A program made the translations under genes and the position numbers. A DNA stretch of 32,000 bases, from assembly GCF_000011125.1 (NCBI RefSeq), contig NC_000854.2:570001-602000 (forward strand), in the 5' to 3' direction. The notes below the pieces were generated by a model. That model saw nothing but the letters and a program-made list of their open reading frames with translations, was not told the origin of the DNA and made no database searches. Below, one piece after another: positions 14,796 to 23,114 of the stretch (its first letter is position 1; every line of letters begins with the position of its first letter). The stretch is from Aeropyrum pernix K1 (GTDB lineage Archaea > Thermoproteota > Thermoprotei_A > Sulfolobales > Acidilobaceae).

Positions 14796-15035
14796 CTACT
14801 CAATCCCCAGCTCCTCCCGAAGCTCCTCGTCACTGTAGGGATAGGCTTGTATTCTCCTCCTACGAAGCTCTACTAGGAAGTCATATAGACTCATTCCAGC
14901 CAACTCAGCCGCCCGCTCCACACTAACAATGCCACGGAGAAACAGGTCAACCGCATAAGCTAGTTTAACCTCTCTCTCAATATCACCAACATAATGAGAG
15001 GGCACCTTAACCTTAACCACTACCTCACGAGACAA
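14796..15035 (-). CDS. UPF0175 (COG2886) family antitoxin-like HTH protein
   Basis: 79 aa. AVDLFLRGIVSVERAAELAGMSLYDFLVELRRRRI is the family signature. It lies directly upstream of the COG2405 PIN gene, which is the usual pairing. Confidence 0.75.
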   Translation of the reverse strand: MSREVVVKVKVPSHYVGDIEREVKLAYAVDLFLRGIVSVERAAELAGMSLYDFLVELRRRRIQAYPYSDEELREELGIE

Positions 15036-15182
15036 TCCTTCTCCCTATCTACTACAATACTTAACAACTCTTAAGTTCTTACAATCAATTTGAGAAAACC
15101 TGTCCCATGCATTACCCTTCTAGGTATAAAAACGTTATAAAATGTCCCAGATTTCCATCGATTCTCGGGATGTTAGTATTTA

Positions 15183-15238
15183 AGCGCCGGCCTGTGGAGG
15201 CGGGGTCTCGCGGGGTTCAAGCTTACGGCGGCCGCGCT
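15183..15238 (+). other. Degenerate copy of the 3' two-thirds of tRNA-Arg (relic att site)
   Basis: AGCGCCGGCCTGtGGAGgCGGgGTCtCgcGGGGTTCAAgCttaCGGCGGcCcGCgC aligns by eye with 14170-14222 of the tRNA-Arg (first 12 nt identical). The stems no longer pair. Confidence 0.6.
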
Positions 15239-15787
15239 ATGGCTACTCCTTCATTCCTTCGCTAGTTCGAACATTTTGGGCAAAAGCCCACCGCCGGAGA
15301 CCTTCAGTTCCTGTGTGGAAATCCCTCGTAATGATTGTGGCTTGAGTTAAAGACATTTAGTGTTAGAGATAAGGTTAGTAAAGCTAATATTTGGCTGTAT
15401 TGGGAATAGTTTTTCATAAAGGCTTAATGGAAAGGAGGAAACTAGCTTATGAGAGCTTATATGGAACCAATATCGCTTAACTATTCTTTCGAGGGAGATA
15501 GTTACGGCTTTTGGAATCTTTATTAACCGTTATTTATTGTATCTCAGGGCTAGCCTAACAAGTTGTCTATATGACGAAATAATATATATTTGCAAATAAA
15601 TTATGTCGATTACACAAACATACTTAGTCTCTGTTGAGGTTTTGTAAGTGAATATAAAAACCAAATTTTCAGGTTTTCCATATAGTATTGCTATGTCTGC
15701 TACAATTGTTGAAGTTAAGAATAACCCAATTCTAATAAGGAAGCTTGGCGAGCAAGCCTATGTATTACGGCAGGGGGTTCAGAGCTA

Positions 15788-16276
15788 GTGGCCGACTTCG
15801 CCAACATATTTCTGGGATGGCTGCACATCCTGGGCGTGGTAATATGGATAGGAGGCTCTATAGTGCTAGACGTGATTCTGAGGCCTGGCTCAATCAAGAG
15901 CATGGGGTTAACGCAGGAGCAGGCCGCCAGGCTTGGTCAAGCTATTTCCAAGAGGTTTAGCCCTATGGTCTGGATATCTGTAGTCGTGGTAGCCGCTACA
16001 GGTGTTTTAAGAGGGGCTAGAATGGATGTTTTGGGCTATGACGCTCTTACAGGTACGACTTACGGCCTCATACTCTCGGCAAAGCTGATCCTATTCCTCG
16101 CCATGATGGTTATAGGTGTTATGATAGGTAGGACAGGGCTAAAGCTGGCTAAGGCAGGTGATCCGGAGGAGTCTCTAAAAGCCCAGACCAAAATTAGAAA
16201 GCTCTCCGAGGTAAATATAGCGATAGGTATAGTGGTTATACTTCTAGCTGTCGCGCTGAGATATGGCGGCATATGA
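15788..16276 (+). CDS. Integral membrane protein, CopD-like domain
   Basis: 162 aa with four hydrophobic segments. WLHILGVVIWIGGSIVLD resembles the CopD/YcnJ-type first helix. Confidence 0.55.
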   Translation: MADFANIFLGWLHILGVVIWIGGSIVLDVILRPGSIKSMGLTQEQAARLGQAISKRFSPMVWISVVVVAATGVLRGARMDVLGYDALTGTTYGLILSAKLILFLAMMVIGVMIGRTGLKLAKAGDPEESLKAQTKIRKLSEVNIAIGIVVILLAVALRYGGI

Positions 16277-16333
16277 AAGTAACAGTAAGGGTTATACTGA
16301 CCCGGAGGTAACGCCCCCTACATTGCTATCTAG

Positions 16334-17476
16334 ATGCGTTTGAATCCCGAGCGGCCACTCTTATCAGGATCTTGCACCCAGTACCTAGACTGGGGGTTGC
16401 CCATTGCTATGGATGCTGTAGGCCCCGGTGAGGCTAGGAGGATTCTGGACAGGTATGGGGCTGATAGGGTCCTGCTTGTAGGCCCTCCTGGGGTTGGTAA
16501 AAGCACGGTTGTTAGGAGTTATGCTGAGGACTCGGCCTCGAGGGAGGGGTTGGAGTTCGTGGACCTCTCTGAAGCACGCAGCCTTGAGGACCTCGACACA
16601 GATTCGACATACGCCTTCCTCCATATATACGCCCCCCTGGTTAGGGCCGAGGACCTCGCTTTCATAGCCCGAAGGGGGGAGGGTTATGACTGGACTCTGC
16701 CTTCACGGCTAGCCTACCTGACTAGGCCGGGTGTGAGGGGTCTTGTGTTTATAGACGAGATTACTAACGTGGCCCTGCCAGAGGTGCAGACGATACTCTT
16801 CAGCATGGTTCTCGACAAGAGGGTAGCCTACAACAGGCTGTCCAGCGGGGTTGAGGTGGTGGCCGCTGGCAACTCGCCGCGGGACAGCCCCGTCTCCCAG
16901 TGGCCCCCTCCGCCGCTGCTCGACAGGTTCAGGCTGCTGATAAGGGTGAAGCCGCCGGACCTGGAGGAGTGGGTGTCGTGGATGAACTCGGTCGGGAGGC
17001 CGTGGGACAGGAGGGTTGCGGCCGTGCTGAAGGTCAAGCCGGTTCTTATGTACCGGCCGCCGGAGGATGAGGAGGACAAGTTCCCAACCCCCAGGTCCTG
17101 GAGCCAGCTGGCGTGGGAGCTCGCCAAGACGGGCGCCCATGGAGACGAGGCGGTCAGGATAGCAGCTATGGTTGTCGGCCGCAGGGCAGCGGAGGAGGCT
17201 AGGCAGTTCCTCCAGCCAGACCCAGCCTCTCTCGACCTCTCAACGTTTCCCCGGCTAGATGAGAGGGAGCGGCTGACGCTTCTATCGGTGGAGGCTGGCA
17301 GGCTTGCTTCGCAGGATGTTGTAGAGCTTTGCAGGACTCTGGAGAAGGTTGGCTCCTACGGGGCCCACTATGCCGTGTGGCTGCTCATGCTCTCCGGCGT
17401 TGACACCGTAGAGGCCGCGAGGTCCTGCAGCTATGTTGAGGACCTCCTAAGCAGGCTCTCCAGCTACCTGGGGTAG
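16334..17476 (+). CDS. MoxR-like AAA+ ATPase
   Basis: Walker A LLVGPPGVGKST, Walker B GLVFIDEITN, sensor-1 VVAAGNSP, and PLLDRFRLLIRVKPPD (Arg finger/MoxR signature). Confidence 0.85.
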   Translation: MRLNPERPLLSGSCTQYLDWGLPIAMDAVGPGEARRILDRYGADRVLLVGPPGVGKSTVVRSYAEDSASREGLEFVDLSEARSLEDLDTDSTYAFLHIYAPLVRAEDLAFIARRGEGYDWTLPSRLAYLTRPGVRGLVFIDEITNVALPEVQTILFSMVLDKRVAYNRLSSGVEVVAAGNSPRDSPVSQWPPPPLLDRFRLLIRVKPPDLEEWVSWMNSVGRPWDRRVAAVLKVKPVLMYRPPEDEEDKFPTPRSWSQLAWELAKTGAHGDEAVRIAAMVVGRRAAEEARQFLQPDPASLDLSTFPRLDERERLTLLSVEAGRLASQDVVELCRTLEKVGSYGAHYAVWLLMLSGVDTVEAARSCSYVEDLLSRLSSYLG

Positions 17477-17496
17477 GGGTCGAGCGGTGGCACGCT

Positions 17497-17715
17497 ATGT
17501 ACGCTGAGGCTTCCTGCCTCGGGAGGCTGAAGATAGTGTACTTCAAGGGACCCATCGTCATAATAATGGTGGGGGACCTGCCGCTCCCCCTTCCGTCGGC
17601 TCTTTGCAGACCCCACAGGGTTATCGAGCGGAGGGGGTACAGCCGCGGCTTCCACAAGGTCCTCGAGCTGGCACTGAGGGCGAGGACGGCTTGGATGGCT
17701 GCGGGGATAAGATAA
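17497..17715 (+). CDS. Probable original N-terminal part of the vWA gene, now in a different frame
   Basis: 72-aa ORF starting 20 nt after the MoxR stop. It ends at a TAA created inside a 5-bp tandem duplication. Removing one copy fuses it in frame to the vWA ORF. Confidence 0.5.
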   Translation: MYAEASCLGRLKIVYFKGPIVIIMVGDLPLPLPSALCRPHRVIERRGYSRGFHKVLELALRARTAWMAAGIR

Positions 17716-18800
17716 GCGAGGCGGTAGCCGCTGCCCTACTAGTTGCACCCGAGGCTATGCTGCAGGTTGAGATCGAGGGCTGCAGCGATGTAACCTCCGT
17801 AAAGCCGGGGCGTTTGAGCCTCGCCAAGACCCTGTCCAATACGAGGCCAGCCACTATACTGTCCCATATTGTAACGTCGGCTGCAAGGGCGTGGGCTCTG
17901 GGCGAGATCCAGGGCATACCAGGCCCTGCCGACGCTAAGCTTGCAGCCATAGAATGCTGGGGCTACATAGTGGCGAGGCAGGCTGGTGTGAAGCCCGACC
18001 TTAGCGCTTTGGAGAGGTTTCTCGCGGGAGCTATACTTCTCGGCAACACGCCCCGCAGCCCTCTAGACGCGTTCAGAATGATAAGCGAACTAGCACGCAG
18101 AGCCACCCCACGAGGGCTGGCGGCCCGCCTCTTTATCCTCATTTTACGGAAGAGCCGTGCCAAGGTGGCGGCGGTAGCCCAGTCAGGCACTACCAGGGTT
18201 GAGGGCCTCCAGTATGGTGGTCCCAGTGAGATGTTAAACAGAGCCAAGATATACATGGCCCTATCTCGTGCTGCAGCGAGGAGGTCGTGGTCGAGAGGCT
18301 GGCTACGGCCCCCTAAGAGACTGGTAACGCTTGGTGACGGCGTTCTCCTGCCAGGCCAGTCTTGGGGGCCTGTGAACAGGCACGCGGTTCTCCTTGACGT
18401 CAGCGCCAGTATGGAGGGTAAGATGCGGGTGGCCGTGGAGGCGGCTGCACACGCCCTTAGATACCCTGCAAGGACCCGCGTGCTAGCCCTCTTCGACTAT
18501 GACATACGGAGGGAGATTGTTAACCCAAGGCCGGTTGTTTTTGCTTCGAGCGAGGACCTCTCGCCCGCGGGTGGAACAAGGCTTTCAAAACCCCTTTCAC
18601 GATACATGCCGTGCAGGGCAGACCTTGTTACGGTTATAAGTGACTGGGGCTTGATTGAAGACGATCTAAATTCGAGTCTAGCCCTGATGAGGAAGCACTT
18701 GGCGTGCGGTGGCAGCCTGGTTCTCGTCAGCGTCTCCCCCTTTGTAAAGCCGCCTAGAGGGCCGTGGATAACTCTAGACCTCATGTCAAAAGACTACTGA
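17604..18800 (+). CDS. von Willebrand factor A (vWA) domain protein with MIDAS motif, MoxR partner
   Basis: MIDAS D-x-S-x-S in VLLDVSASMEG, then GGTRLSKPL (Thr) and VTVISDWG (Asp). It lies directly downstream of the MoxR ATPase. The first roughly 37 aa of the track ORF look non-protein-like; see the frameshift note. Confidence 0.8.
   Translation: MQTPQGYRAEGVQPRLPQGPRAGTEGEDGLDGCGDKISEAVAAALLVAPEAMLQVEIEGCSDVTSVKPGRLSLAKTLSNTRPATILSHIVTSAARAWALGEIQGIPGPADAKLAAIECWGYIVARQAGVKPDLSALERFLAGAILLGNTPRSPLDAFRMISELARRATPRGLAARLFILILRKSRAKVAAVAQSGTTRVEGLQYGGPSEMLNRAKIYMALSRAAARRSWSRGWLRPPKRLVTLGDGVLLPGQSWGPVNRHAVLLDVSASMEGKMRVAVEAAAHALRYPARTRVLALFDYDIRREIVNPRPVVFASSEDLSPAGGTRLSKPLSRYMPCRADLVTVISDWGLIEDDLNSSLALMRKHLACGGSLVLVSVSPFVKPPRGPWITLDLMSKDY
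17706..17715 (+). repeat. 5-bp tandem duplication GATAA GATAA splitting the vWA gene
   Basis: Read directly from the sequence. Deleting one copy gives ...AWMAAGISEAVAAALL..., a continuous 432-aa ORF from 17497 to 18800. Confidence 0.8.
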
Positions 18801-18815
18801 ACCGGGTGGAAGAGT

Positions 18816-19631
18816 CTAACCTACCTCGGGCGGCAGCCTGAAAGCAGTTGCTAGATAGTGGTCGCCTTCAAAGGGGGCTAGCGTCGCTAGTGTCAGGCTA
18901 GTGGGGATTGGCAGTATTTCGCCCGTCTGGTCCCAGTCATCGACAGTTATTACTATCAATAATGTTCTAGCCTCTCTCGGGTTCAATAGTAGCTCAAGAG
19001 CTGGTATGGGCTTCGCCAGTGCTACGTTGGCGTGCGATATGCTAAGTTCTGCCAGGCTAGGAGGACCTCCCGCCATCAATATGTCGTCGGGCTCTAAGAG
19101 TTTAGTCGGCAAGCTGCTGGATAGATCGTTCAGCCCGTCCGGCGTCCTCCAGTACGAACAGGAGGGTATGCTGGTTTCTATTATGGAGCCGCCGCTGCCT
19201 ACGACGTCTAGAAGACCGTCACCGCTAGCGTCCTCCACCCTGAAGAAGTAGATGTTAACCCCGTCTGAGGGGGTATCCTGGTCGACGGGTATAAGCGAGA
19301 TATCAGACGTTGGTACGTAAAGCTCGTTGAAGGTCTGTGATAGCGGGAGGACTGTTAGGACATACTTCCTAGGCTCGTCGGCAAGGTTTTTCACATCGAG
19401 ATAATAGCAGGCTATAGTAGGTGATTCTGAGTCGTCGTACACCCAGCCGACTATGCTAACGTCAATGGAGCTGGCGGTCTCCGCTAAAACCGTTACCAGA
19501 ATCCTCTCTCTCTGGAATATTCCTGCCTGCGACTGGAAGAACGAGTACACGCCCATAGCTAAAGCTATGGTGACAGCAACTAGTATTACAACAGTTATGG
19601 GGTTGGCCTGTCCTCTTCTATGGTGCAACAT
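18816..19631 (-). CDS. Secreted/surface protein with an archaeal class III (prepilin-like) signal peptide
   Basis: The N-terminus MLHHRRGQA-NPITVVILVAVTIALAMGVY has a basic leader, a G/Q/A cleavage-type motif and a hydrophobic helix. The remainder is beta-rich. Confidence 0.7.
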   Translation of the reverse strand: MLHHRRGQANPITVVILVAVTIALAMGVYSFFQSQAGIFQRERILVTVLAETASSIDVSIVGWVYDDSESPTIACYYLDVKNLADEPRKYVLTVLPLSQTFNELYVPTSDISLIPVDQDTPSDGVNIYFFRVEDASGDGLLDVVGSGGSIIETSIPSCSYWRTPDGLNDLSSSLPTKLLEPDDILMAGGPPSLAELSISHANVALAKPIPALELLLNPREARTLLIVITVDDWDQTGEILPIPTSLTLATLAPFEGDHYLATAFRLPPEVG

Positions 19632-19725
19632 TTACACCGCAGAAACGCATCTAAATTCTTATTACATCTAAGTAGCTATATATTTTACAGAGAGCCTGAT
19701 TATATGTCGAGGATGCGGTGGAAGC
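19632..19725. promoter_or_regulatory. Divergent AT-rich promoter region between the two prepilin-like genes
   Basis: TATATATTTTA at about 19676-19686. Direct repeat CATCTAA at 19648-19654 and 19665-19671. Confidence 0.35.
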
Positions 19726-22311
19726 TTGGCCAGGAAAATTTCATCAGCGCCGATGCGGGGCAAGGCGAGGCGAGGACAGGCCGAGGTTATCGGCGGCCTC
19801 ATAATCATAACTATACTGCTAGTCTTCCTACTACCACTCGCGCTACAGTCCATAAGGGACGTGGTGGATGTTGGAAGCAAGGCCAGGGAGGCCGAGGTTA
19901 GAGTGGACGTTAAGCTTAAAGAAGAGCTGGCTATAAGAGGGGCCACCCAGGAGGAGATGGGCAGCACGGACTACTGGCCGGCTGTCTGGATAGAGAACAC
20001 AGGAACAGTACCAGTGACATTAAGATACATGTTCCTCCTCCACAAGTCCACGGGCGAGCCCCTGTCTATTATAGACATGTCGAGGGCCAGGCCGGGGAAC
20101 CCGGGTATGATTAAATATATGTTTCTAAACCCTGTGATGACGTCTGAAGGACCAAAGGACGGAGAACCCCTCCCCCCCACGGGGGAATACATATCTCTAG
20201 CGCCTGGAGACAAGCTTCTAGTGGTTTTCGACTCAACAAAGCTACCCGCCTCACCCTTCCAGATTAGAATAAGAGTTCTCTCAGCCGAGGGGGTCCTACA
20301 CCCTAAGACGGGAGGCTATGGGCAGGGCGATCTAGTCCCTCAAGCCCCTGGAGAGGCTGGTGTCTCGGGTGAGGAAGGCGGGCTTACAGGAGAGACGATA
20401 GCGATCTGGAAGGGAGCCTTCACACCGTACGCCGGGTTCAAGCTGATAGGCGGGGAAGAGCTTAAGTCGAAAGGCAGTTTAAGAGCCTTCATCCCACAAC
20501 TGGTTATGGATAAAGATTTAGGCGTGACCTTCGAGTCGGCGGCTGTATACAGCGATCCTGACTATCCAGGCCTGTATAAAGTAGTTCTTATACCGGGTTC
20601 CAGCGAGAGCTTCACCCTACACTTGTACAGTAAATCAAACTCGGGAAGCTTGAGTAAGGTTAGCACCATAACGTGCAGTTTCAGTGGTGGGGATTATGTC
20701 GAGTTCAGGGGTTTCATAGGTACCTTCCATATCTACTCCTCGGGAGGAGGCGAGCAGAAGTCGGTTATGCTGCATGGTCATGCGACGGATATTCTCGTGA
20801 ATGGCACCTCTTGTGTAAACGGGCCTTACGGTCTTATAGACATATCGGACATAGTAGTTGATTCCACGTCGGAAGTGTCGGACTTCGACTCAAACGGCAT
20901 TACAGAGCTGGTCCTATACTCTTATAAGAACGGCCCTAACTATACTCCCACCGATGTTAACGCAGATGGTTTAGATATTCACGGCACTAGTTCTTGCGAC
21001 TTGGGCGGTGTATCGTCAAGCGCCAAGGGCGGGGGCAAAGGCGGAGGCGGCGGTGGCGGCGGCTCCGGCTCCTCAGAGGGCGATGACTGTGTGGATGATG
21101 CTCTTGTGTGGAGCTACGTGGTTACTAGGGACATAACAAACCAAGATTTCATAAGGGTAACTGTAAAGGTTAACTACTACTGGACGAGAGTTCCCGAAGA
21201 CATATCAACCCTCCCCACGAGGAAGCTCAGGATATTTTCGGTAGCTGTATGGGAGTACAACGATGATGCTGACAAGTGGATTCTGAAGCACTTGAGAGAC
21301 ATCGGGTTTGACGAAGAGCTGCCTAAGCAGTTTAAGTTTACTACTATATTCCCTATAGAGAGGGATAAGAAGTACAGGGTTGGGATTCTCTTCTACGATA
21401 GCTACAGGCAAGTGGGACGTTCGGGGACAAACGCAACCTTCTTCGACTTCACCTACGGTTTGGAGTACCTCATAGTGGAGTACGGTAGGTTTAACCCGCT
21501 GTTCAGCAGCACTCCACCCATATACATAGTTGCTATAAGGGATGAGAGCAAGATAAGCGGCTTAGGAGGAGATGGGACATCAGAGTTAGAGGCCCAGGAC
21601 CTCCTCCTCGACAAGATAAAATCGCTACTTGAAGCTCAGGGCCTGGTGGACTACGTTGTAATAAGAGATGCTAAAGAATTATGTAGCCTCCTCCTAGACC
21701 AAAGCCTAAACCAGCTCCCAGCAGGACCTCCAGAAGGGGCTATAGTGATTTGGCTCCAGGGAGAGGCGGACCCGGTGACGGTTACGTCAGGAGTATGTTC
21801 CCAAGCTGTATCTTCTTCTGATCTGAAAGCGAGGCTGATCTATAATCACTGGATTTTCGTGCAGCCCGCTGGAACGCCTCTCTTCGGCTCTGAGAGCGTG
21901 TTGCAGGATGCGTCAAGCGGTAAGGTATTGCTAGCTGGCCCTGGAACAGCTCAGATAACCCCTTCGGGTTTGGAAGCTCAGGTCGACTTCGGCGCCTACA
22001 ACATGCCCTCCGAAGCAGAGTTCCAATACCTCCTCGATGTAGTAAACCCGGATTGTGTAGTTGACGAGGGGACTTTCTACCAGAATACGGATACCGGCTA
22101 CTATGGTACACTAGCTTTCTGGGCGGACTGCCAGCAGCCTGGTAGCGTAGAGTTATTTGGCATCTTCATAGTAAACCCAGCGAGCATCGACTGGGGCTAC
22201 AATGGCGGAGGGCTTATTCCAGAGGCTGTGGCTGAGATAACTGTGTTTTCTGCGTTAAAGACATATAAAGAGGTTCTTGAGCAACTCCTTAACACCCAGG
22301 GCCAGAGTTAA
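19726..22311 (+). CDS. Large (861 aa) surface protein with a class III (prepilin-like) signal peptide and an internal poly-Gly linker
   Basis: MRGKARRGQA-EVIGGLIIITILLVFLL (ATG at 19753; the track start is TTG 19726). An Ig-like segment WIENTGTVPVTL and the linker KGGGKGGGGGGGGSGSSEGDD are present. The C-terminal roughly 300 aa looks like an alpha/beta domain. Confidence 0.75.
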   Translation: MARKISSAPMRGKARRGQAEVIGGLIIITILLVFLLPLALQSIRDVVDVGSKAREAEVRVDVKLKEELAIRGATQEEMGSTDYWPAVWIENTGTVPVTLRYMFLLHKSTGEPLSIIDMSRARPGNPGMIKYMFLNPVMTSEGPKDGEPLPPTGEYISLAPGDKLLVVFDSTKLPASPFQIRIRVLSAEGVLHPKTGGYGQGDLVPQAPGEAGVSGEEGGLTGETIAIWKGAFTPYAGFKLIGGEELKSKGSLRAFIPQLVMDKDLGVTFESAAVYSDPDYPGLYKVVLIPGSSESFTLHLYSKSNSGSLSKVSTITCSFSGGDYVEFRGFIGTFHIYSSGGGEQKSVMLHGHATDILVNGTSCVNGPYGLIDISDIVVDSTSEVSDFDSNGITELVLYSYKNGPNYTPTDVNADGLDIHGTSSCDLGGVSSSAKGGGKGGGGGGGGSGSSEGDDCVDDALVWSYVVTRDITNQDFIRVTVKVNYYWTRVPEDISTLPTRKLRIFSVAVWEYNDDADKWILKHLRDIGFDEELPKQFKFTTIFPIERDKKYRVGILFYDSYRQVGRSGTNATFFDFTYGLEYLIVEYGRFNPLFSSTPPIYIVAIRDESKISGLGGDGTSELEAQDLLLDKIKSLLEAQGLVDYVVIRDAKELCSLLLDQSLNQLPAGPPEGAIVIWLQGEADPVTVTSGVCSQAVSSSDLKARLIYNHWIFVQPAGTPLFGSESVLQDASSGKVLLAGPGTAQITPSGLEAQVDFGAYNMPSEAEFQYLLDVVNPDCVVDEGTFYQNTDTGYYGTLAFWADCQQPGSVELFGIFIVNPASIDWGYNGGGLIPEAVAEITVFSALKTYKEVLEQLLNTQGQS

Positions 22312-22643
22312 GTCGTGTCAATAGCCTAAATGGCTTGAAGAACAAATATCTCGAGCTTTTAGGCTCTAGGAAGATTTGCGACTGTCTATCGACATAATCG
22401 GAAGCCCAGGCGCTTTTTGATATTGGAGTAAAGAGCTGCTTAGCCAGCAGACTTCATGTTCCTAAAACGGTGTAACATACTTCGGAGAATAAACGGTTAA
22501 ACGACTATGTCGGGTTTGACACATAGCCTTAAATACCCCATTCGGAGAAATTTCGAGCCAGCAGGTCTAGAGGAGGGAGGAGGACGGCATATACAGGTTT
22601 TACTGGAAAGGTTTTCCCATTAAAAGTCTATACCTATTAGAGG

Positions 22644-23039
22644 GTGGTGATAGTGACCTCATCCGCCGGGGCTGAGGGTGTCGAAGTAAGAGTGACCAGC
22701 AGGGTCATATATGTCCCCTTTGAGGACGGGTCTAAAGCGTTTCTCCGCTATAGGATTGAGGATGGCAAGATCTACCTCATAGAAACCTACACTCCCCCGC
22801 AGCACAGGGGTAAGGGTGTGGCGAGGAGGATGGTTGAGAAGGCTATTGAGATCGCCAGGGAGAAGGGCCTGGAGGTGGTGCCGCTCTGCAGCTACGCTGT
22901 TTACTATTTCCTGAAGAACAGGGAAGCTCGAGGCCTCCTCGCGGAGCCCTACAGGTCTATGAGTGACGAGGACCTCAAGAAATATTATGAGGAAAGGCTG
23001 GCGGCGGAGAGGGCTAAGAACGCTGGCGAAAAAGGCTAG
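22644..23039 (+). CDS. GNAT-family N-acetyltransferase (small YjdJ-type)
   Basis: IYLIETYTPPQHRGKGVARRMVEKAIEIAREKGLEVVPLCSYA matches the acetyl-CoA-binding Q/R-x-x-G-x-G/A motif region. Confidence 0.75.
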   Translation: MVIVTSSAGAEGVEVRVTSRVIYVPFEDGSKAFLRYRIEDGKIYLIETYTPPQHRGKGVARRMVEKAIEIAREKGLEVVPLCSYAVYYFLKNREARGLLAEPYRSMSDEDLKKYYEERLAAERAKNAGEKG

Positions 23040-23114
23040 GATAGACACATAGGATCTAAATCCCTGAGTCTAAAGGATATTGCTGCGTTCGGAGAATGTG
23101 CTGTGCATCAAGGT

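Larger units (their letters stand above)
14223..15238. mobile_element. Decayed integrated-element remnant at tRNA-Arg, retaining only a toxin-antitoxin pair
   Basis: An AT-rich 1-kb segment lies between the intact tRNA-Arg and a diverged copy of its 3' two-thirds (15183-15238). Confidence 0.5.

Noticed and set aside
19620-19967. ORFs 19620-19901 (+) and 19668-19967 (-) across the divergent promoter
   Set aside because: They overlap the AT-rich promoter and the 5' end of the 861-aa gene in other frames, and have low-complexity composition and no motifs.
22311-22560. Apparent degenerate roughly 45-bp direct repeat (22314-22358 vs 22509-22558; …ATAGCCTAAAT… / …ATAGCCTTAAAT… and …TCGAGC)
   Set aside because: Similarity by eye is only about 70%, with several gaps. 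That is too weak to claim without a computed alignment.
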